DNA of 64,000 nt from Steroidobacteraceae bacterium (GTDB lineage Bacteria; Pseudomonadota; Gammaproteobacteria; Steroidobacterales; Steroidobacteraceae), in NCBI GenBank assembly GCA_036734505.1, contig DAIMYL010000001.1, positions 56 through 64,055 of the forward strand. The letters are read 5' to 3'. Below the pieces are notes generated by a model. That model saw only the letters and a list, made by a program, of their open reading frames with translations, had not been told where the DNA came from and made no database searches. Positions 38,692-46,188 of the stretch are shown piece by piece; the stretch's first letter is position 1, and the number at the start of each line of letters is the position of its first letter. The translations under genes and the position numbers were made by a program.

Positions 38692-39656
38692 CCGACACGA
38701 TCATCAGCTCCGCGACCAAAGAGGTCGTCATCGGTTTCGACCGGCCGTTCGTCATCATCGGCGAGCGCATCAACCCGACGGGGCGCAAGATCCTCGCCGC
38801 CGAGATGGCGGCCGGCGACTACACGCGCGTGATCTCGGACGCGCTCGCGCAGGTCGAGGCGGGCGCCCACATGCTCGATGTCAACGCCGGCATCCCTCTC
38901 GCCGACGAGCCCGCGATCCTCGCTGAAGCGGTGAAGATCGTGCAGTCGATCACCGATGTGCCGCTGTCCATCGACTCCTCCATCGTCGCGGCCTTGGAAT
39001 CGGGGCTCTCCGTCTACAAGGGCAAGGCGCTCGTGAACTCGGTGACGGGCGAGGAGGAGCGTCTCGAGCAGGTGCTGCCGTTGGTGAAGAAGTACGGCGC
39101 GGCCGTGGTCGCCATCTCGAACGACGAGACCGGCATCTCCGAGGACCCGGATGTGCGCTTCGCCGTGGCCAAGAAGATCGTCGAGCGCGCCGCCGACTAC
39201 GGCATCCCGCGCAGCGATGTGGTCGTCGACCCGCTCGTCATGCCCATCGGCGCCATCAACCAGGCGGGGGTGCAGGTGATGCGGCTCGTGCGCCGGCTGC
39301 GCGACGAACTCAAGGTCAACACAACCTGCGGAGCGTCCAATGTCAGCTTCGGTCTGCCGAACCGCGACGGCATCAACGCCGCCTTCCTGACCATGGCGAT
39401 CGCCTCGGGGATGACCTCGGCGATCACCAACCCGCTGCACGGCGACACCGTGCGCGCCTGCATGGGCGCTGACGTGATGATGGGTCACGACCCCGACTGC
39501 GCACGCTGGATCCGCAAGTTCCGCGAGCCGCCACCGCCGGGGGCGGCGGGCGACAACCCGGCCGCGCGCGGCCGGCGCGAGGGCGGGGCGCGGCGGCGTG
39601 CCGCGGCGGGCGGCGAGGGTGCGGGCGGCGGCGGCGGCGCCGGCGGCCCGGTCTGA
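38688..39656 (+). CDS. Methyltetrahydrofolate:corrinoid methyltransferase (pterin-binding, AcsE / MetH pterin-domain type)
   Basis: ATGA overlap with metF. Pterin-binding barrel sequence (IIGERINPTGRK...MLDVNAG...LSIDSS...LVNSVTGEEE...CGASNVSFGLPNR). A C-terminal tail of about 45 aa is rich in Gly, Ala and Arg. Confidence 0.85.
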   Translation: MTDTIISSATKEVVIGFDRPFVIIGERINPTGRKILAAEMAAGDYTRVISDALAQVEAGAHMLDVNAGIPLADEPAILAEAVKIVQSITDVPLSIDSSIVAALESGLSVYKGKALVNSVTGEEERLEQVLPLVKKYGAAVVAISNDETGISEDPDVRFAVAKKIVERAADYGIPRSDVVVDPLVMPIGAINQAGVQVMRLVRRLRDELKVNTTCGASNVSFGLPNRDGINAAFLTMAIASGMTSAITNPLHGDTVRACMGADVMMGHDPDCARWIRKFREPPPPGAAGDNPAARGRREGGARRRAAAGGEGAGGGGGAGGPV

Positions 39657-39669
39657 GGGGACGCATATC

Positions 39670-41727
39670 TTGAGCCAGACCGACGCATTGGTGGTCTTCC
39701 TGCCCGCGGGCAAGCGCGGGCGGTTCGCGCTCGGCACGCCGCTGCTGCAGGCGGCGCGCGAACTCGGCGTGGACATCGACTCGGTCTGCGGCGGTCGCGG
39801 CATCTGCGGCCGCTGTCAGGTGGTGGTCGCCGAGGGCGAGTTCGCCAAGCACGGCGTGCGCTCGGGTGCGGGCAGCGTCACCGAAGCGGGCGAGGTCGAG
39901 GCGCGCAGCACGCGCCGCAAGGTGCTGAAGCCCGGGCAACGGCTCTCCTGCCAGGCGAAGGTCTGCGCCGATGTGGTGGTCGATGTGCCGCCCGCGAGCC
40001 AGGTGCATCGTCAGGTGGTGCGCAAGGCCGCCGAGGTGCGCGAGATCGACCTCAATCCGCTCGTGCGCCTGCATTACGTCGAGGTGCGTGAACCCGACAT
40101 GCACGATCCGTCGGGTGACCTGCGTCGCCTGCTCGAGGCGCTGGAGCGCGAATGGCAGCTCACGGGGCTCGGCATCGAACTCGACGTGCTGCGCGCGTTG
40201 CAGACGACGCTGCGTGCCGGCGCTTGGAAGGTCACGGCCGCGGTGCATGGCGGCAAGCAGATCATCGGCCTGTGGCCGGGCTTCCACGAGCGCGCGCTCG
40301 GCATGGCGGTGGATGTCGGCTCGACCACCATCGCCGCGCATCTCTGCGACCTCGCGACCGGGGAGGTCGTCGCATCGTCGGGGATGATGAACCCGCAGAT
40401 CCGCTTCGGCGAAGATCTCATGAGCCGCGTGTCCTACGCGATGATGAACCCGGGCGGCGCGGAGCAGATGACCGCGGCGGTGCGTGCGGCGTTGAGCGAG
40501 CTCGCAGCGGATGTCGCGCGCGAGGCCGGGGCCGAGCCCGAGCACATCCTCGAGCTGACCCTGGTGGGCAACCCGATCATGCATCACCTCGTGCTCGGCC
40601 TCGACCCGGTCGAGCTCGGCGGGGCGCCGTTCGCGCTCGCCATCGACCAGGCCATCGAGCAGCCGGCGAGCGCGCTCGGCATCGGCGTCCACCCCAACGC
40701 GCGCGTGTATGTGCTGCCCTGCATCGCGGGGCATGTGGGCGCGGACACCGCAGGCGTCATCCTCGCGGAGCGCCCCGACCTCGGCGATCCGGTCACGCTG
40801 CTGGTCGATGTCGGCACCAACGCCGAGATCGTGCTCGGCAACCGTGAGCGCCTGCTCGCCTGCTCGAGCCCCACCGGACCCGCCTTCGAGGGCGCGCAGA
40901 TCAGCTGCGGCCAGCGCGCGGCGCCGGGCGCCATCGAGCGCGTGCGCATCGACCCGGTGACGCTCGAGCCGCGCTTCAAGGTGATCGGTTGCGATCTCTG
41001 GTCGGACGACCCGGGCTTCGCCGACGCCACGCAGAAGACCGGCGTCACCGGCATCTGCGGCTCGGGGATCATCGAGGTGATCGCCGAGATGTACCTCGCG
41101 GGCGTCATCAACCAGGACGGTGTGGTGGACGGTGCGCTCGCGGCGCGGAGCGACCGCATCATCCCCGCCGACCGTACGTTCTCCTATGTGCTGCACCGCG
41201 GCGCGGTGACGCTCGCCATCACCCAGACCGATGTGCGCGCCATCCAGCTCGCCAAGGCGGCGTTGTACGCGGGCGTGCGGCTGCTGATGGAGGAACTGGG
41301 CGTGGAACGCGTCGATCGCATCCGTCTCGCGGGCGCGTTCGGCGCCCACATCGACACCAAGTACGCGATGGTGCTCGGCATGATCCCGGATTGCGACCTC
41401 ACGCAGGTCGCCGCGGCCGGCAACGCCGCGGGCACCGGTGCGCGCATCGCGCTGCTCGACGGCTCCTCGCGCGCCACCATCGAGCAGGTGGTGCGGCGCG
41501 TCGAGAAGATCGAGACCGCGATCGAGCCGCGCTTCCAGGCGCATTTCGTCGAGGCCATGGCCATCCCGCACAAGCGCTTCCCGAACCCGGAGCTCTCCAA
41601 GGTGGTGACGCTGCCGGCGCCCAAGGAATCCGCCGCGCAGGCCGGTGCGGCCCGCGGTCGGCGCAGCCGGCGCCCGGGAGCAGCGGTGTCCGATGCATCG
41701 CCTGCCGCGGAGGGGGAGGCCCCCTGA
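39670..41727 (+). CDS. Reductive activator of corrinoid enzymes (RACo/RamA-like): N-terminal 2Fe-2S ferredoxin + ASKHA ATPase domain
   Basis: TTG start with GAGGGGA upstream. Plant-type ferredoxin motif SVCGGRGICGRCQV...SCQ. ASKHA phosphate motifs GMAVDVGSTTIAAHL and LLVDVGTNAEIVLG. Confidence 0.85.
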   Translation: MSQTDALVVFLPAGKRGRFALGTPLLQAARELGVDIDSVCGGRGICGRCQVVVAEGEFAKHGVRSGAGSVTEAGEVEARSTRRKVLKPGQRLSCQAKVCADVVVDVPPASQVHRQVVRKAAEVREIDLNPLVRLHYVEVREPDMHDPSGDLRRLLEALEREWQLTGLGIELDVLRALQTTLRAGAWKVTAAVHGGKQIIGLWPGFHERALGMAVDVGSTTIAAHLCDLATGEVVASSGMMNPQIRFGEDLMSRVSYAMMNPGGAEQMTAAVRAALSELAADVAREAGAEPEHILELTLVGNPIMHHLVLGLDPVELGGAPFALAIDQAIEQPASALGIGVHPNARVYVLPCIAGHVGADTAGVILAERPDLGDPVTLLVDVGTNAEIVLGNRERLLACSSPTGPAFEGAQISCGQRAAPGAIERVRIDPVTLEPRFKVIGCDLWSDDPGFADATQKTGVTGICGSGIIEVIAEMYLAGVINQDGVVDGALAARSDRIIPADRTFSYVLHRGAVTLAITQTDVRAIQLAKAALYAGVRLLMEELGVERVDRIRLAGAFGAHIDTKYAMVLGMIPDCDLTQVAAAGNAAGTGARIALLDGSSRATIEQVVRRVEKIETAIEPRFQAHFVEAMAIPHKRFPNPELSKVVTLPAPKESAAQAGAARGRRSRRPGAAVSDASPAAEGEAP

Positions 41728-42470
41728 GCGACGCCATCGCCAGCGCCGCGGGACTTCTGCTCGCGGCGCGGCGCGAGCGTCGGCACCTCGAGCGGCTGCC
41801 CGAGGCCTGCCGACCCGCGGACGACGCGGCGGGATATGCGGTCCAAAGACGGGTCATCGCGGCCTTGGGTGACGCCATCGGCGGCTGGAAGATCGGCGCG
41901 GGCGGCCCGGACGAGACGCCGCTCTACGCGCCCATCCCCGCTGAGGGGATCCACGCAAGCGGCGTCACGCTGCCGATCTCGGAATTCCCGGGCGCGCTGA
42001 TCGAGGCGGAGATCGCATTCCGGCTGCGGCGCGATCTGCCGCCGCGGCCCGAGCCCTACGATGCGGCGACGGTCGCTGCGGCCGTGGAGATGCTGCCTGC
42101 GCTCGAGATCTATCGCAGCCGGTTCAACGATCCGAACGCGGCGAGCCAGCCCGAGAACCTCGCCGACTGCCTCGCCAATGCGGGGCTCATCACCGGTGAC
42201 GCCGCATCGCCGACGACGCCGCAGGCCCCGTGTTCCTGGGACATAGACCTCACCATCGACGAGGAGACCCGCGAGGGTCGCGCGCTGCACCACCCGGTCG
42301 GCGACCCGCTGCGGCTCGTGGTCTGGTTGGCGAACGCACTCGTCGCCCGCGGCGAGAGGCTGCGCGCCGGACAGGTGGTCACCACCGGTGCGCTGCTGCT
42401 CGGTCCGATCGGGCGCAGCGTGCGCGGTCGGTGGCAGGGCCTCGGGTCGGTGTCGGTCCGCTTCGTCTGA
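41724..42470 (+). CDS. Fumarylacetoacetate-hydrolase-superfamily hydratase/decarboxylase (2-keto-4-pentenoate hydratase-like)
   Basis: GGWKIG motif and MhpD/HpcG-like sequence. The only plausible initiation site that keeps the conserved N-terminus is the CTG at 41724. It overlaps the RACo stop (CTGA) and follows a strong GGAGGGGGAGG at 41709-41719. The start is therefore uncertain. Confidence 0.6.
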   Translation: MSDAIASAAGLLLAARRERRHLERLPEACRPADDAAGYAVQRRVIAALGDAIGGWKIGAGGPDETPLYAPIPAEGIHASGVTLPISEFPGALIEAEIAFRLRRDLPPRPEPYDAATVAAAVEMLPALEIYRSRFNDPNAASQPENLADCLANAGLITGDAASPTTPQAPCSWDIDLTIDEETREGRALHHPVGDPLRLVVWLANALVARGERLRAGQVVTTGALLLGPIGRSVRGRWQGLGSVSVRFV

Positions 42471-42485
42471 AGCAGGGACCGCCGC

Positions 42486-43763
42486 ATGTCCCGCTCCGCT
42501 GAGGGAACCTGGGCGGCTGCCGACCGTGCCGGCGGCCTCGCGCGCTTGGAGTCCTTCAAACATCGCATGGGGCGGCGCTACGAGGCGGAACGCAACTTCG
42601 ATCTTGGACCCGGACGGCACGACAGCGTCTCCACGCTCTCGCCGTGGATCCGCCGCAGGCTGCTGACCGAGGTCGAGGTCGTCGAGGCGGCGATCGCGGC
42701 GCACGGTCCGGAGGCCGCGCAGAAGTTCATCGAAGAGGTGTTCTGGCGCGGCTACTTCAAGGGCTGGCTAGAGCGCCGCCCGCAGGTCTGGGCGCGCTAC
42801 CGCGACGGGCTCGTCGCGGATCTCTACGCCTTGGACGGCGACCCGGCGGAGCGCGCGGCCGTCGCGCGGGCCGAGGCGGGCGAGACCGGCATCGCCTGTT
42901 TCGACGCGTGGGCGAGGGAACTCGTGGAGACCGGTTACCTGCACAACCACGCCCGCATGTGGTTCGCCTCCATCTGGATCTTCACGCTGCGGTTGCCATG
43001 GCGGCTCGGCGCCGACCTCTTCCTGCGGCACCTGCTCGACGGCGATCCCGCCTCGAACACGCTCGGTTGGCGCTGGGTCGCGGGCCTGCACACCCGCGGC
43101 AAGGCCTACCGCGCCCGAGCCGACAACATCGCCACCTTCACCGGCGGCCGCTTCACGCCGCGCGAGGACGAGTTCGACGCGGGCGAGGGCGGGCTGGAAG
43201 CCACCGAGCCCGAGGGGTTGCCGCCGCTGCTGCCGCTGCGCGTCGTCGCCGCTCCGCGTGCCGACCTGCCCACCGCACTGCTCATCACCGAAGAGGATTG
43301 CCGCCTCGAGGAGTTCCCGGTGTCCACGCTGGATGTGCGCGCCGCAGCCAGCGTGAGCGCGAGCGACCTGCGCTCGCCGCGCCCGGTCGCGGCGGCGGTC
43401 GCGCAGTTCGAAGCGGACGCGTTGGCGGACGCCATGGCGCGCATCGCGCCCGCGCTGTCCTGTATCGGGTCTGCGTCGGCTATCGAGCGGCTCGTCGCCG
43501 GACGGGCCGGCGCCGAGCGGCCGGAGACGCTCGCGCGCTGGGCGACCGCGCACGGCGTGCGCCAGATCGCAACGCCCTATGTGCCCATCGGACCCTTGCG
43601 CGACTGGCTCGACGCGGCAGCGCCGGCGCTGGCGGCCGAAGGCATCGTCCTCGCCGAGTGGCGCCGCTCCTGGGACGAAGCGGTGTGGCCGCACGCCACC
43701 GCGGGGTTCTTCAAGGTGAAGCAGCGGATCCCCGACATCCTCCGATCCATCAGATCGGTCTAG
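42486..43763 (+). CDS. Cryptochrome/photolyase-related protein with the FAD-binding helical domain at the N-terminus
   Basis: Residues about 15-215 look like the photolyase FAD-binding domain (LSPWIRRRLL..., YLHNHARMWFASIW, GDPASNTLGWRWVAG). Residues about 240-425 resemble the photolyase N-terminal alpha/beta domain. Confidence 0.6.
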   Translation: MSRSAEGTWAAADRAGGLARLESFKHRMGRRYEAERNFDLGPGRHDSVSTLSPWIRRRLLTEVEVVEAAIAAHGPEAAQKFIEEVFWRGYFKGWLERRPQVWARYRDGLVADLYALDGDPAERAAVARAEAGETGIACFDAWARELVETGYLHNHARMWFASIWIFTLRLPWRLGADLFLRHLLDGDPASNTLGWRWVAGLHTRGKAYRARADNIATFTGGRFTPREDEFDAGEGGLEATEPEGLPPLLPLRVVAAPRADLPTALLITEEDCRLEEFPVSTLDVRAAASVSASDLRSPRPVAAAVAQFEADALADAMARIAPALSCIGSASAIERLVAGRAGAERPETLARWATAHGVRQIATPYVPIGPLRDWLDAAAPALAAEGIVLAEWRRSWDEAVWPHATAGFFKVKQRIPDILRSIRSV

Positions 43764-43842
43764 TTGCAGGGCGCTGCAAGGCGGCGCTCCAAGGAATTCG
43801 ATATCCTCCTTCGCCGGGATACGCCATCCGAGAGGGTCAGCC

Positions 43843-46176
43843 ATGTCCATCCGTGTAGCCACGGTCCTCCTTGCGGCCATCCCGTCGATGTGCGCGGCGG
43901 CTGCGGGCGATCGTCCGCCCCAACTCGGCGTCGACCCTCTGCCGCAGGTCGTCGCGGCGCTCACCGCTGAGGAGAAGATCGACCTCGTGGTCGGCGTCGG
44001 CATGTCGATCGCCGGTCTGCCGCTGCCGCCGGAGATGCAGGGCCCGGCCGACGGGCCGATGGGCCCGCGCGTGCCGGGCGCGGGCGGCATGACGCGCGCC
44101 GTGCCGCGGCTCGGCATCCCGTCGATCGTGCTCGCCGATGGCCCCGCAGGGCTGCGCATCAGCCCGCGGCGTGAGGGCGAGACGCGCAGCTTCCATGCGA
44201 CGGCCTTCCCGGTGGCGACGCTGCTCGCCTCTTCGTGGGATACGGCGCTCGTCGAGCGCGTCGGTGCGGCGATGGGCGCGGAGGCGCGCGACTACGGCAT
44301 CGATGTGCTGCTCGCGCCGGCGCTCAACCTGCACCGCAACCCGCTCGGCGGTCGCGGCTTCGAGTACTACTCGGAGGATCCGGTGGTGTCCGGGCGGATG
44401 GCCGCGGCGGCCATCCGCGGCATCCAGTCCACGGGTGTCGCGGCGACGCCCAAGCATTTCGTCGCCAACGAGCACGAGTGGAACCGCTATACCATCGATG
44501 TGCAGGTGGCGGAGCGGCCGCTGCGCGAGCTCTACCTGCGCGCCTTCGAGATCGCCGTGCGCGAGGGCAGGCCGCAAGCGTTGATGACCTCCTACAACCG
44601 GCTCAACGGCCTCTACACCTCGCAGGACCCGCGGCTGCTCGACGGCGTGCTGCGCGCCGAGTGGGGCTTCGACGGGGTGGTGATGACCGACTGGTACGCG
44701 GGCGACGATCCGCTCGCGCAACTGCGTGCGGGGAACGATCTCTTGATGCCCGGCACGGGCGTGCAGCAGCGCGTGCTGCGCGAGGCGCTCGCACGCGGGA
44801 CGCTGAAGAGCGCTGAACTCGACCGCAATGTCGCCGAGATCCTGAAGCTCGCGCTGCGTTCACCGGCGTTCCGTGGGGTCCGTGCGACCGATGCGCCCGA
44901 CCTCGAAGGCCATGCGACGCTTGCCCGCGAGGCCGCGGCGGCCGGCATGGTGCTGCTGCGCAATGTGGGTCCGGCCCTGCCTCTGCGGCGTGGCGGCACG
45001 CTCGCGCTGTTCGGCAACGCATCGTACGACGCCATCATCGGCGGCAGCGGCAGCGGTGCCGTCGCTGCCGCCCGTGCGGTGCCGCTTGCGGAAGGGTTGC
45101 AGGCCGCCGGCTATCGGGTCGATGCCGCGCTTGCGGCGGACTACCGGACCTTCATCGACGGCACGCGACGCGGTCTGCCGCCGCGGTCACCGCTGTCGCC
45201 ACCGCAACGCTTCCCCGAGCGTCCGGTGAGCGCCGCGGAGATCGCCTCGGCGGCGCAGCGCGCCGACATCGCCGTGGTCACGATCGGTCGGCGCAGCGGC
45301 GAGTTCGCGGACCTCTCGCGCGAGCTCGACTTCGAGCTGCAGGCGGGCGAGCGTGAACTGCTCGAGCGGCTGTCGCGGGCGTTCCGTGGGCGCGGCAAGA
45401 AGGTGGTCGTGGTGCTCAACATCGGCAGCGTCATCGAGACGGCGAGCTGGCGCGGCTTCGCGGACGCGATCCTGCTCGCCTGGCAGCCCGGGCAGGAGGG
45501 TGGTCACGCGATGGCGGATGTGCTGAGCGGCGCGGTGTCTCCCTCGGGTCGGCTCGCCACCACTTTCCCGCTGCGTTGGGAGGACCTGCCGTCCTCGAAG
45601 GGTTTCCCGGGGAGGACGCTGCTCGGACCCGACCCCGCGGCGCGCGGCATCCTGGCGGGCGTCGATCGCCGCGCCGAGGTGCGCTACGACGAAGGTCTCG
45701 CGGTCGGCTACCGCCACGAGGCGGAGGTCGCGTATCCGTTCGGCCATGGTCTGTCCTACACGCGGTTCCGTCACGCGCCGCTGCGTGCCGGTCGCATCGC
45801 GGACGACGGCAGCCTGCAGGTGTCGGTCACGGTGACGAACATCGGCAGAGCGCCGGGCCATGAGGTGGTGCAGCTCTATGTGTCGCCGCCGGAGGAAGGC
45901 GCGGCGTCGGCGTCCGATCCCGGGCGTACGCTGCGGGCGTTCGCCAAGACACCGCTGCTCGCGCCCGGTGCGTCGACGCAGGTGGAGTTCGTGCTCGGCG
46001 CGCGCGATCTCGCGGACTTCGAGGCGGGCTGCCGTTGTTGGCGGGTGAGGGCGGGCGACCATGTCGTCCACCTCGGCGCCTCGACGGCCGACATCCGCCT
46101 CACATCGCGCGTGACGGTGCCGCGCGAGCGCGTGGTGGAGCGGGTGAGCGCCGACCTCGTCGGCGCCGCGCGCTGA
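43843..46176 (+). CDS. Glycoside hydrolase family 3 beta-glucosidase (secreted, with C-terminal Fn3-like domain)
   Basis: Signal peptide MSIRVATVLLAAIPSMCAAAAG. GH3 motifs are GFEYYSEDP, KHFVANE and GFDGVVMTDW (nucleophile Asp). Confidence 0.9.
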   Translation: MSIRVATVLLAAIPSMCAAAAGDRPPQLGVDPLPQVVAALTAEEKIDLVVGVGMSIAGLPLPPEMQGPADGPMGPRVPGAGGMTRAVPRLGIPSIVLADGPAGLRISPRREGETRSFHATAFPVATLLASSWDTALVERVGAAMGAEARDYGIDVLLAPALNLHRNPLGGRGFEYYSEDPVVSGRMAAAAIRGIQSTGVAATPKHFVANEHEWNRYTIDVQVAERPLRELYLRAFEIAVREGRPQALMTSYNRLNGLYTSQDPRLLDGVLRAEWGFDGVVMTDWYAGDDPLAQLRAGNDLLMPGTGVQQRVLREALARGTLKSAELDRNVAEILKLALRSPAFRGVRATDAPDLEGHATLAREAAAAGMVLLRNVGPALPLRRGGTLALFGNASYDAIIGGSGSGAVAAARAVPLAEGLQAAGYRVDAALAADYRTFIDGTRRGLPPRSPLSPPQRFPERPVSAAEIASAAQRADIAVVTIGRRSGEFADLSRELDFELQAGERELLERLSRAFRGRGKKVVVVLNIGSVIETASWRGFADAILLAWQPGQEGGHAMADVLSGAVSPSGRLATTFPLRWEDLPSSKGFPGRTLLGPDPAARGILAGVDRRAEVRYDEGLAVGYRHEAEVAYPFGHGLSYTRFRHAPLRAGRIADDGSLQVSVTVTNIGRAPGHEVVQLYVSPPEEGAASASDPGRTLRAFAKTPLLAPGASTQVEFVLGARDLADFEAGCRCWRVRAGDHVVHLGASTADIRLTSRVTVPRERVVERVSADLVGAAR

Positions 46177-46188
46177 TCACCGTCGGCG

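Noticed and set aside
39522-39656. Arg/Gly/Ala-rich C-terminal tails on three methyl-transfer proteins, considered as a possible shared targeting or interaction peptide. They are the methyltransferase tail at 39522-39656, the activase tail at about 41613-41724 and the Hcy methyltransferase tail at about 46192-46296.
   Set aside because: There is no shared ordered motif beyond composition. Such tails are the expected product of GC-rich sequence between the end of a conserved domain and the first chance stop codon. They may also reflect slightly mis-set ends.
43764-43779. The TTGCAG-GGCG-CTGCAA hairpin immediately after the stop of the photolyase-like gene, considered as a rho-independent terminator.
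   Set aside because: The stem is only 6 bp and no U-tract follows, so there is not enough support to annotate a terminator.
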